From NCBI GenBank assembly GCA_030639005.1, contig DAOWDN010000013.1, positions 13,453 through 77,452 on the forward strand: DNA of 64,000 nt, in the 5' to 3' direction. Below, one piece after another: positions 48,060 to 57,263 of this stretch. The stretch comes from Bacteroidia bacterium. Its GTDB lineage: Bacteria > Bacteroidota > Bacteroidia > Bacteroidales > GCA-2748055. Made by a program: the position numbers and the translations under genes. The notes under the pieces are model-generated. The model searched no databases, was not told where the DNA came from, and was given only the letters and a program-made list of their open reading frames with translations. How positions within the stretch are numbered: the first letter of the stretch is position 1; every line of letters starts with the position of its first letter.

Positions 48060-50480
48060 TTACTCTTTGGATTTGATCTTTACCGTCGAGGGTCTGAGTC
48101 CGTCAGCCGAGGCACTGATGATCAGGTCACCCGGTTCACTTCCGGCCTGGAGGATCAGAAGTTGTTTCCCTTTCCTGACCTCTTTTGAGGAGGATCCATA
48201 TGGTGTATGATCGGCCAGATCGCCATTATCGATGGCCCTGATCCTACCCGGACCTTCCAGCTGGTAATTGACCAGGTGCTTGCTTCCAGGATTGAGTTCA
48301 CCAGTGCTGTCGACCACACTGGTGGTAATATGGACAATGCGGCTCTCACTTCTTACCTGTTTCCGGTCGGGCTGCATGGCCAGGGCATAGGCTGGAGATG
48401 AGGAGATCAGGGTATCAGATACCATTTGTGTTGTTCCCCTGTCATCAAGGTAATAAGCATGAGCCACCAGTTCTCCTGATTCGTAGGGGACAGTTGTCTT
48501 GATCACACCATCTGGAAATCTCTCTTTCTCAAGGGTATGTATCAACCTGTTATTCAAAGAAAGTTCCACCCTGCTGCAGTTGGTAAATATCACCACCTCT
48601 TTGGGTGTAGTATCGTTCATAAAGCTCCAGTGATCGACCAGTGGGGCTCCCACCCAGCTTGTTTGCCAGCTGGTAAGCTTATTCAGGGAATCGGCCAGGA
48701 GAGAATCTTTTACAGTAAGTTTTACCATGGGATCGTCAAGGTACTGAGAGGCGATATACCAGGCGTGGGGTTTGATAAATCCGTTGGTCTCCATCAGACC
48801 ATTCCTTAAACCGCGGTCGGGCCATCCGGCCGATTCGCCCAGGTAGTCGATGCCTGCCCAGATAAACTGTCCCGCTACAAATTCGTCCATATCGTTCCAG
48901 GAGTTGTCGGTATAGTCGATCACCTGGTAATCCTCTTTCCGGAGGGTTCCGTACGCTTTTGTTTCGGTGGCAATAAAGACCAGGTCGGGGTACTCTGCAT
49001 GCCAGGTTCTGAATGAGTCGCTCCGGTAGTTGTAGGATACCACCGGGGAGACATGCATCAGGCTGCTGGGGACCTCGTCTCTGCGATCAGCGTTTCCGGG
49101 ATGAAGGGCAGCAGTGACCATCCTGGTGGAATCGATCGATAACACAAGCTCTTTCAATTTGCTGTACATAGTCACGCCGTCTGCCGGAATGATCAATTGC
49201 TCCAGGGTTTCATTGCCCACACTCCAGAGAACCACCGATGGGTGGTTCCTGTCCCGCCGTATAAAATTAGACAGATCGGTCTGGTAGCTCTCCTCCAGGC
49301 TATAGTCCTCCGCAGCGCCAAGCCAGGGCTGCTCCCATTTATCATACATCTCATCAATGACCAGGAATCCCATTCGGTCGCATAGGTCCAGTACTTCCGG
49401 GGCATGCGGATTGTGAGCAAGCCTCAATGCGTTTACACCCAATTCTTTTAAGAGGCCAAGTCTTCTTTCCCAGACCTCACGGGGGACCGCTGCGCCAAGT
49501 TCTCCTCCATCGTGATGAATGCATACTCCCTTCATGACCACCTTCTTCCCGTTCAGTACGAAGCCGCGATCGGGATCAAACTCCGCCGAACGTATTCCAT
49601 GCTTGAGACTGACGTGATCGAGCTGTTTGTTCCTGTCCATCAGGTAGCAGTGTACTGTATAAAGTTCCGGGGTATCGGGCGACCATAACCTGGGATCCTC
49701 AATGATGAACGTACGCTTGTTCATGCCACTGCTTCCCGACTCCAGGTGTTCACTGCTATTTCCGTCGGCCAGCAGCTTTCCGCCCGGACCAACAATGTCG
49801 TATTTGACCTCAAATCGACGGGCTTTTCGGCCGTTGTTCCTGAACTCTATGGAGATATCCAGAAGGGCCCTGCCGGCACTGTCGATCCGTGAACTCACAG
49901 CCTGTCCCCATACAGGCGTATGCAGCTCATTGGTGGTGATCAGCCTTACGTGCCTGTATATGCCTCCGCCAGAATACCAGCGGTCGATGGGCAGTTTACT
50001 GCAATCGGTCCTGACCGCAATTACATTGAGTGTATCCATGCGGATCAGTGAGGAGATGTCGTGATAGAAACTGGAGTAGCCATAGATCTGTTTCCCCAGG
50101 TGTGTACCGTTAAAGAAGACATCGGCATTCATCTGTACCCCTTCAAAAAGAAGGTAAAACTGTTTCGTGTCCTCATACTCGGTCAGGTCGATGGTTTTCC
50201 GGTACCAGCCAATGCCTTCAGGGTAGAAACCTCCCGGCTTACCGGAAGGATTGTTCTGGTGTACAGGTTGCTCTACCATCCAGTCGTGGGGAAGTGAAAG
50301 ATATCTCCAGCCCGAATCGTCATATTGTGGTCCGGCTGCACCCTTTGGGTCCCCCATTGTAAATCTCCAGTTCAGATCGATGGTGGTATCGATACGGGGC
50401 AAGGCCTGCCGGGTACGGTAGATAACGAGGGTGGCTAAAATAAATACGATGCCAAATATGATCCAGTGTATTACTTTCAT
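48060..50480 (-). CDS. Glycoside hydrolase family 2 enzyme (beta-galactosidase-like)
   Basis: GH2 sugar-binding N-domain (WRYLSLPHDW), a TIM barrel with NALRLAHNPHAPEVLDLCDRMGFLVIDE, and the acid/base context WSVGNE. Confidence 0.9.
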   Translation of the reverse strand: MKVIHWIIFGIVFILATLVIYRTRQALPRIDTTIDLNWRFTMGDPKGAAGPQYDDSGWRYLSLPHDWMVEQPVHQNNPSGKPGGFYPEGIGWYRKTIDLTEYEDTKQFYLLFEGVQMNADVFFNGTHLGKQIYGYSSFYHDISSLIRMDTLNVIAVRTDCSKLPIDRWYSGGGIYRHVRLITTNELHTPVWGQAVSSRIDSAGRALLDISIEFRNNGRKARRFEVKYDIVGPGGKLLADGNSSEHLESGSSGMNKRTFIIEDPRLWSPDTPELYTVHCYLMDRNKQLDHVSLKHGIRSAEFDPDRGFVLNGKKVVMKGVCIHHDGGELGAAVPREVWERRLGLLKELGVNALRLAHNPHAPEVLDLCDRMGFLVIDEMYDKWEQPWLGAAEDYSLEESYQTDLSNFIRRDRNHPSVVLWSVGNETLEQLIIPADGVTMYSKLKELVLSIDSTRMVTAALHPGNADRRDEVPSSLMHVSPVVSYNYRSDSFRTWHAEYPDLVFIATETKAYGTLRKEDYQVIDYTDNSWNDMDEFVAGQFIWAGIDYLGESAGWPDRGLRNGLMETNGFIKPHAWYIASQYLDDPMVKLTVKDSLLADSLNKLTSWQTSWVGAPLVDHWSFMNDTTPKEVVIFTNCSRVELSLNNRLIHTLEKERFPDGVIKTTVPYESGELVAHAYYLDDRGTTQMVSDTLISSSPAYALAMQPDRKQVRSESRIVHITTSVVDSTGELNPGSKHLVNYQLEGPGRIRAIDNGDLADHTPYGSSSKEVRKGKQLLILQAGSEPGDLIISASADGLRPSTVKIKSKE

Positions 50481-51142
50481 GATTGGCTGCCGGACTTTAT
50501 TACTTGTTCGAATCGGTCGATAAACTTATGGATGGTATCAAAATGTGCTGCTTTTAACCTTCTGTTCACAGCAGGTTGTGAGATTCCCAGGAGCTGGCTG
50601 ATCTCCACCTGATTTTTCCCGGTCAGGTTCAGGAACATGGCTTCAGCCTGTTCATCCGACCAGTCGTGGATCAGGATATCCATAAAACTACAGCTTAATG
50701 CAAACTCTTCGTTCAGTGCTTTCACCGGTGTGATGACAGAGATCCGCTGGTTTCGTTTCATCTTCCCTATGCCGCTGGTGGCTTTTCTGAAGGCGGTTCC
50801 GTCCGATTCTCTCAGGTGATCCTGTGCAAACTCCACGGGCCCGATTCCCTGGCATACCCTCAGGTCGAGTCGTTCCGAGAGCTCCTTATGGGAGAGGAAT
50901 CTGAAGGCGCTGAACAACATGATCAGCGAACGCATGGAGTGAACCGGCGAATCGGAGAGAGCCAGGAACTCATCCATCCTGATGATTTCATACCTGAGCT
51001 TTCTCTCTTCAGGGACCATCCTGTTGACGGCCTGGAAAGAGGCCCTGATCAGGTCAGGAATCTTACTGAACTGTTCATCAGTGACCCTGGCACCAGGGGC
51101 AAGTTCTCCCGCGACAACAGCGTAATGTGCCTTATTCGTCAT
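50477..51142 (-). CDS. Hypothetical protein with C-terminal sigma-70-region-4-like HTH
   Basis: The HTH is NQVEISQLLGISQPAVNRRLKAAH. The stop overlaps the GH2 start (ATGA). The N-terminal 150 aa are unassigned. Confidence 0.55.
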   Translation of the reverse strand: MTNKAHYAVVAGELAPGARVTDEQFSKIPDLIRASFQAVNRMVPEERKLRYEIIRMDEFLALSDSPVHSMRSLIMLFSAFRFLSHKELSERLDLRVCQGIGPVEFAQDHLRESDGTAFRKATSGIGKMKRNQRISVITPVKALNEEFALSCSFMDILIHDWSDEQAEAMFLNLTGKNQVEISQLLGISQPAVNRRLKAAHFDTIHKFIDRFEQVIKSGSQS

Positions 51143-51593
51143 TCCAATTTTAAATAAATGTATTTCGGGTGAATCGGGTTTTATTATGTAAAAAAGTTAG
51201 ATGCCAAATTTATAACAATATACGCTTATAATCCAAAAGTGTTAAGAAAATATTGCATAATGGTGCAGCATAGAGCTTGGGGAGCGATTTGTTAATAGAT
51301 TAAAAATCAGCAATATCTAATCCCAACCTCGTTTTGATTAGATTAATTCTGAATAACTTTTCTCAGCCAGCGGAACTGCTTTTGTAGCTTTTTTGATGTC
51401 GTTTGTCGAAATAATGGTAGGATGTCTAATTCTTGTAGGAAGCCATGTTCCCATCTCCTTTCTTTGTATACGAGAGGTCAGAAAAACTCACAAAAAGTGA
51501 TGACAAAAAAATTGTTGGCAAGCTTTGGCATGGCGACGCGCTGATGGCGTATGACATTACTTTTTAAATATCTTTGATTGAATATGCCTCTGC

Positions 51594-52637
51594 ATGACAA
51601 CAAAATGGAATAATACCGTCTTTAATATCGTATTCTGGCTGGCCTATTTTCTCTATGCCTGGCTGACCATGGCTTCCATTTACAATGAGTACCAGCGTTA
51701 CCTGATTAATGCTGCGGTACTCGTTCCCATCACAGCATCGGCTGCTGTGTTTACCGTGCATTTCCTGTTCAGGGTGCTTTATCAGAGGAACAGAAAAATC
51801 CTGTTCTGGACCGGGCTCTTCCTGAGTATGTTTGTCTTTATTCTAATCAGGCGTAGTTTCAATTATTTTTACACCTACCCATTGTATTATCCGGAGGCGC
51901 TGGAGACCATGTCTTTCTGGTTTTTGCCTAAGTTAATTATCGAGGGAGTGAATATCTACCTTTTTGTCGGCCTCTACAGCATGTTCTATTTTATCAAGGC
52001 GTGGTACGACCAGGAACGCCTGTCACATACTCTGAAGCAGGAGAAGGCCGAAGCTGAACTGAAGTTGCTGAAATCGCAGGTGCAACCACACTTCATTTTC
52101 AACACACTTAATAACATCTACTCCTACGCAGTTCAGAAAAATGAAAAAACCGCAGATCTCATCCTCCAATTATCCTCCTTTCTTAGCTATGGGTTGTATG
52201 AGAGCAAGCCAGAGTTGGTGCCCCTTCAGAAGGAGATCGATGTGATCAGATCTTACATTGAACTGGAAAGGATCAGGTATGGAGATCGCCTGGATGCTTC
52301 CATCAACGTTTTCGACAATGTGGACCAAACACTAATTTCTCCACTGCTCCTGTTGCCCCTGGTAGAGAACAGTTTTAAGCACGGATTTACTTCTTCGATC
52401 GATAAATGTTGGATCAGACTAGATATCTCCTGTTCCAGGGAAGAGCTGGTGGTGAAGATTGAAAACAGCATCGGAGAGGAGCAGGAGAAGAGTGAGTCAG
52501 ACAATGGGGGACTAGGACTGATGAACTTGCGGCGAAGGCTTGAAATCTTATATCCATCGAAACATGAGTTCAGAACGAAAATAGTGAAAGACTCATTTCT
52601 TGCAGTTTTAAAAATCAAAATAAAGCGTCATGGTTAG
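51594..52637 (+). CDS. LytS/YehU-type sensor histidine kinase (His_kinase PF06580-like)
   Basis: N-terminal TM helices, the hallmark QVQPHFIFNTLNNIYS, and a HATPase tail (LLLLPLVENSFKHG, GGLGLMNLRRRL). Confidence 0.85.
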   Translation: MTTKWNNTVFNIVFWLAYFLYAWLTMASIYNEYQRYLINAAVLVPITASAAVFTVHFLFRVLYQRNRKILFWTGLFLSMFVFILIRRSFNYFYTYPLYYPEALETMSFWFLPKLIIEGVNIYLFVGLYSMFYFIKAWYDQERLSHTLKQEKAEAELKLLKSQVQPHFIFNTLNNIYSYAVQKNEKTADLILQLSSFLSYGLYESKPELVPLQKEIDVIRSYIELERIRYGDRLDASINVFDNVDQTLISPLLLLPLVENSFKHGFTSSIDKCWIRLDISCSREELVVKIENSIGEEQEKSESDNGGLGLMNLRRRLEILYPSKHEFRTKIVKDSFLAVLKIKIKRHG

Positions 52638-53352
52638 ATGCCTGATCGTTGATGATGAACCCCCGGCCAGGGAACTAATAGCTTCTTACATCTCAAGGCT
52701 GAACGACCTGGTACTGGTGGAGCAGTGCGGAAATGCACTGGAAGCATTCAGTTGCTTGCAGAACCAGACCATCGATCTGATGTTTCTTGATATTCAGATG
52801 CCGAAGATGACCGGTTTGGAGCTAATCAAGTCGCTCCACAATCCACCGAAAATCATCCTGACCACCGCTTACAAGGAGTATGCCAGTGAAGGCTTCGACC
52901 TGGATGTGCTGGATTACCTGGTAAAACCCATTCCGTTCGAGCGCTTTATGAGATCGGTGGCCAAGTACCACCAGTATACCAACAGGACTGTGGAAGAGGC
53001 CCCCCTGGAGAGCACCTACGACAGGGCCTATCTCTTTGTGAAGGTAAACAAGGAACAAGTAAAGCTGTATTTCAAAGAGATTATTGTCATTGAGAGCATG
53101 AAAGATTATATCAGGATTACCACACACGACGCCTCCTTTGTGACATACAGCCGTCTCTCTTACATGGACGAAGTACTTCCTGAGACACGGTTTGTACGTA
53201 TTCATAAATCATACATCATTGCGTTAAGTGAGGTTAAGTCATACCGAAATGACTCAGTGACAGTGGGAGATTCCACATATCCTGTTGGAAGGATCTACAA
53301 GAAGAGGTTCCAGGATGCACTATTAAGCTATCAGAATGGAGTAAGAGAGTAG
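52630..53352 (+). CDS. LytTR-family DNA-binding response regulator
   Basis: REC domain (CLIVDDEPPA, FLDIQMPKMTG, KPI) plus a LytTR domain (IIVIESMKDYIRITTHD...FVRIHKSYII). It overlaps the kinase gene by 8 nt. Confidence 0.9.
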   Translation: MVRCLIVDDEPPARELIASYISRLNDLVLVEQCGNALEAFSCLQNQTIDLMFLDIQMPKMTGLELIKSLHNPPKIILTTAYKEYASEGFDLDVLDYLVKPIPFERFMRSVAKYHQYTNRTVEEAPLESTYDRAYLFVKVNKEQVKLYFKEIIVIESMKDYIRITTHDASFVTYSRLSYMDEVLPETRFVRIHKSYIIALSEVKSYRNDSVTVGDSTYPVGRIYKKRFQDALLSYQNGVRE

Positions 53353-53416
53353 ATTAGACTAATTATGAATAACTGTGTCTGACCTGACAGCACGGCGCTT
53401 TAAACACTTTTAGTAC

Positions 53417-53424
53417 TATTTTTG
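53417..53424 (+). promoter_or_regulatory. Candidate Bacteroidota -7 promoter box (TATTTTTG = TAnnTTTG) upstream of the propeller cluster
   Basis: Exact consensus match 35 nt upstream of ATG 53459, in the only sizeable gap (106 nt) before the nine-gene cluster. Confidence 0.3.
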
Positions 53425-53458
53425 AGCACTTACAAAACGTGATCAACATGAATAAAGG

Positions 53459-54670
53459 ATGATGAAGAAATTAACTTTAATTATACTCTGCCTGACCGCA
53501 GTTTTGTCGGGTTATTCACAGGATCCAACCAGTTGGAGGGGACCCACCCGTGACGGGATCTATCCCGAAACCGGATTGATGAAAGAGTGGCCTGCAGACG
53601 GACCGGAAGTTCTGTGGAGTTTCGAAGGATTGGGAAAGGGTCACTCCTCGGCCATCGTGGACAATGGTTTTGTCTATGTCACCGGGATGATTAACGAGCA
53701 AGGCTACCTTTTTAAGTTTGATCTGAAAGGAAAACTGGTATATAAAAAGACTTATGGTCCCGAATTCGCAGAGAGTTACGTAGGAACCCGGGGTACACCG
53801 ACTATTGTTGGTGAAAAGGTTTACCTTATGAGTGGACACGGAAAACTCTACTGCCTCGATGGAGGAAAGGGGACGATCCTTTGGAGCAAAGATCTCTTTA
53901 AGGATTTCGATGGAAAAATTATCGGGTGGGGAATGAATGAAACACCTGTGGTGGATGGCGATGTGGTATATATTACCCCGGGAGGGAGAAAGTACAATTT
54001 GGTGGCCCTGGACCGCCACTCCGGAAAACTGATCTGGAGTTCCCCCGGTAAGGGTGAACTGACAGCATACAGCACACCACTTCTGTTTGAACACAATGGA
54101 AGAAAAATGTTGGCCACCCACTACGAATCTCATCTGGTGGGATTTGATGCAAGCACAGGCAAGATGCTCTGGTCGCAGCACCAGCCCAACGAATATTCGG
54201 TACACCCAAATACACCTGTCTACCGCGATGGAATGCTATTCTACCTGAGTGGATACGGTAGGGGGGGTGGCATGCTGAAGATTGCTCCGGATGGCAATTC
54301 GGCATCGCGAGTATGGACCCACAAAAAGATGGACAGCCGCATGGGAGGTGCAGTGCTGGTGGATGGCTACATATATGGTTCTGGCGACAGCAGGCTCTGG
54401 TGCTGCTTTGACTGGAAGAGCGGCAAGGAGATGTATACCTCCAAGGATATCGGCAATGGCGTGGTGATTTATGCCGACGGAATGCTTTATTGCTACAGCC
54501 AGAGGGGCGAACTGGCCCTGGTCGAACCCGATCCTGCAGGCTTTAAAGTGGTCAGCAAGACCAAAGTGCTGCTGGGTTCCGAGCAACACTGGGCCCATCC
54601 GGTCATCTATGGGGGGGTGCTCTATGTTAGGCATGGCAAAGCGTTAATAGCTTATAAAGTCAAAAGCTGA
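53459..54670 (+). CDS. Secreted PQQ-like/BamB-type beta-propeller repeat protein, paralogue 1
   Basis: Signal peptide, then SWRGPTRDGIYPETGLMKEWPADGPEVLW. Repeated (V/I)Y(V/I)..G.L.(A/C)(L/F)D..(T/S)G...W blade motifs run throughout. It is alignable by eye with the next two ORFs. Confidence 0.85.
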   Translation: MMKKLTLIILCLTAVLSGYSQDPTSWRGPTRDGIYPETGLMKEWPADGPEVLWSFEGLGKGHSSAIVDNGFVYVTGMINEQGYLFKFDLKGKLVYKKTYGPEFAESYVGTRGTPTIVGEKVYLMSGHGKLYCLDGGKGTILWSKDLFKDFDGKIIGWGMNETPVVDGDVVYITPGGRKYNLVALDRHSGKLIWSSPGKGELTAYSTPLLFEHNGRKMLATHYESHLVGFDASTGKMLWSQHQPNEYSVHPNTPVYRDGMLFYLSGYGRGGGMLKIAPDGNSASRVWTHKKMDSRMGGAVLVDGYIYGSGDSRLWCCFDWKSGKEMYTSKDIGNGVVIYADGMLYCYSQRGELALVEPDPAGFKVVSKTKVLLGSEQHWAHPVIYGGVLYVRHGKALIAYKVKS

Positions 54671-54691
54671 AAGTCTGTAAAGCTGAAAGTC
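54656..54691. repeat. AAAGTC/AAAGCT-rich direct repeats at the paralogue 1/2 junction
   Basis: AAAGCTGAAAGTC occurs twice (54663 and 54679, 16-nt period). The 13-mers AAAGTCAAAAGCT (54656) and AAAGTCTGTAAAG (54670) recur at 61758 and 61807. Confidence 0.8.
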
Positions 54692-54693
54692 AT

Positions 54694-55935
54694 ATGATGA
54701 GATTTATAATCGCGACGGTGGTCGTGATCGCATTTACACAAAACCTCCTGGCACAGGATGTGCAGTGGAGAGGGCCCAACAGGGACGGGATCTATGCCGA
54801 TACCGGTTTGTTGAAAGAGTGGCCCGAAGAGGGACCTGAGGTATTGTTTGTGGCTGAGGATCTGGGCAGGGGTTTTTCTTCGGCAGTAGCCACCAGTGAT
54901 ATGATTTATGCGTCAGGCATCAGGGATACCCTCGAGTACCTTACAGCTCTGAACCTGAATGGGGAGAAGTTGTGGGAGAAACCAATCGGTCGTTGCTGGA
55001 ACCAGTCTTTCCCCGAAACCCGGAGTACACCAACGGTGGAAGGTAACAGATTATATATGTTGACCGGCATGGATATGATGGTCTGTTTCCATGCGCTTAC
55101 CGGGGAGGTAATCTGGAGTGTGGACCTGCATGAGGTGTATGGTTCGCGCTGGGATATGTTTGGGGTTTCGGAATCGGTGCTGATTGTGGGAGACAAGGTG
55201 ATTACCACCCCGTGTGGGGAGTTAACCACGGCCATTGCCCTGGATAAAATGACCGGGGAGCTTATCTGGAAATCCAGGTCCATGGACGCCAGCCGTGGCA
55301 ATTTGTCCCCCATCCTGATTGAGCATTGTGGAAAAGAGTATGTCATCACTTCCACCCAGACTCATATGATAGGAGTCGATCCGGAGAATGGAGAGATTCT
55401 CTGGGACTACCACTACAACTTTCTGAATTCGGCACATGAGAATACGACCATCCTGGCCAATACGCCCATTTATAACGATTCCTGCGTATGGATCTCCAAC
55501 GGTTGGGATGTGCCATCAGTGATGCTTGAGATTGCTCCCGACGGGCGATCCGTTTCGGAGAAGTTCAGGGACCAGACCTTTGACAACCAGAATCACGGTG
55601 TGGTACTGGTGGACGGCTACCTCTACGGCTCCAATTTTACAGGGAGAAACAGCGGTAAATGGGTCTGCATGAACTGGAATACAGGGGAGATTGTTTGGAT
55701 CGGTGATTTTTACAACAAGGGGCCCTCTGTTTATGCCGATGGCATGCTCTACATCTATGAAGAGAAGCGGGGCAACATGGGACTGGTAAAAGCCGATCCC
55801 AAGAAATTTGAATTGGTCAGTTCATTCCGGCATTACGAAGGAAGTGGCCCGCACTGGGCACGTCCCACCATCTTCAATCAGATGTTGCTGGTGAGGCATG
55901 GAGAAAAATTAACAGCCTATAAAATAGGCAGTTAG
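54694..55935 (+). CDS. Secreted PQQ-like/BamB-type beta-propeller repeat protein, paralogue 2
   Basis: Signal peptide, then QWRGPNRDGIYADTGLLKEWPEEGPEVLF. It shares NQSFPETRSTPTVEG with paralogue 3 (NRSFPETRSTPTIED). Confidence 0.85.
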   Translation: MMRFIIATVVVIAFTQNLLAQDVQWRGPNRDGIYADTGLLKEWPEEGPEVLFVAEDLGRGFSSAVATSDMIYASGIRDTLEYLTALNLNGEKLWEKPIGRCWNQSFPETRSTPTVEGNRLYMLTGMDMMVCFHALTGEVIWSVDLHEVYGSRWDMFGVSESVLIVGDKVITTPCGELTTAIALDKMTGELIWKSRSMDASRGNLSPILIEHCGKEYVITSTQTHMIGVDPENGEILWDYHYNFLNSAHENTTILANTPIYNDSCVWISNGWDVPSVMLEIAPDGRSVSEKFRDQTFDNQNHGVVLVDGYLYGSNFTGRNSGKWVCMNWNTGEIVWIGDFYNKGPSVYADGMLYIYEEKRGNMGLVKADPKKFELVSSFRHYEGSGPHWARPTIFNQMLLVRHGEKLTAYKIGS

Positions 55936-55962
55936 TAGTTTATAGTTAACGAATAAAGAGAT

Positions 55963-57222
55963 ATGAGATACAGGAAATTTGCAGTAGTGACGGCAGCGGT
56001 ATGGATACTGGCTTTGTTGACCATCGCACAGATCCAGGCACAGGATACACAGTGGAGGGGGGCCAACAGGGATGGAAAATATCCCGATTCCGGATTGCTG
56101 AAAAGCTGGCCGGAGAGTGGCCCGGAACTGATCCTTAAGAAGGATGATCTGGGCAATGGATACTCTTCCCCCATAGTTTATGAAGGAATGATCTACATCA
56201 GCGGGAGGCGTCAGGAGGAGGATGTCATCACCAAACTTGACCTTCAGGGAAACATTCTGTGGGAAACCGTGTATGGGAAAGCCTGGAATAGGAGCTTTCC
56301 CGAAACCAGAAGCACACCTACTATTGAAGATGGACGAATTTACATCATGGGCGGACTGGGAACCATAGTGTGCATGGATACTGAGAAAGGGGAGATCCTC
56401 TGGCAGGTGAATACCCATGAGGAGCACGGGGGTGAATTTCATCGCTGGGGAATGACCGAATCGCTTCTGTTGACTGGCAGTGTAGTAATCTCTTCGCCCA
56501 CAGGGGAACAGACAGCTGTGGTTGCCCTGGATAAAAAGGACGGATCTCTTTTATGGAAATCCAAACCCCAGGGAGGGGTAAGATCCTACGTATCCCCCAT
56601 GCTGATCGAACACAATGGTACGAGGATGGTTCTGATCACCTCCAGCGAAGATTTTCTGGCAGTGGATCCCGAAACAGGAGAGGTATTCTGGAGCATCGAC
56701 CTGGTTATGGAATACGGTTTCGATGGCCGCAGGAACAATACCAACACCCCTCTTTTCCATAACGGAGAAATTTTTACCACCAGCGGTTATGATGCTTCCG
56801 CAGTAATGATAAAGCTATCTAAAGACGGGAAAGATGCTGAGGTCAAATGGAGCAACGACGTCCTTGATACCCACCATGGGGGCGTGGTGCTGCTGGATGG
56901 CTTCATCTATGGTTCCAACTGGCTCAACAACGGCAACGGAAACTGGGTTTGCCTGGAGTGGGAGTCCGGGAAGGTTATGTACGAGGAGAAGTGGTTCAAC
57001 AAGGGATCCATCATCTACGCAGACGGACTTCTTTATATCTTTGAGGAGAAGAACGGAAACATTGGATTGCTTGAACCAAGCCCCGAAGGTTTCGAACTGA
57101 TCAGCTCCTTTTTGCCTGAAGGTGGAACAGGACCCTGGTGGGTACACATGACCATCTATGAGAAGAAGCTGTTTGTGAGGCACGGAGCAACGCTTTTTGT
57201 GTATGATATAGAAAAGAGTTAA
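55963..57222 (+). CDS. Secreted PQQ-like/BamB-type beta-propeller repeat protein, paralogue 3
   Basis: Signal peptide, then QWRGANRDGKYPDSGLLKSWPESGPELIL. It is colinear with paralogues 1 and 2. Confidence 0.85.
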   Translation: MRYRKFAVVTAAVWILALLTIAQIQAQDTQWRGANRDGKYPDSGLLKSWPESGPELILKKDDLGNGYSSPIVYEGMIYISGRRQEEDVITKLDLQGNILWETVYGKAWNRSFPETRSTPTIEDGRIYIMGGLGTIVCMDTEKGEILWQVNTHEEHGGEFHRWGMTESLLLTGSVVISSPTGEQTAVVALDKKDGSLLWKSKPQGGVRSYVSPMLIEHNGTRMVLITSSEDFLAVDPETGEVFWSIDLVMEYGFDGRRNNTNTPLFHNGEIFTTSGYDASAVMIKLSKDGKDAEVKWSNDVLDTHHGGVVLLDGFIYGSNWLNNGNGNWVCLEWESGKVMYEEKWFNKGSIIYADGLLYIFEEKNGNIGLLEPSPEGFELISSFLPEGGTGPWWVHMTIYEKKLFVRHGATLFVYDIEKS

Positions 57223-57263
57223 AGGGTTAGTGAGGTAGTAGAGTGAGGATAAATACGACAAAT

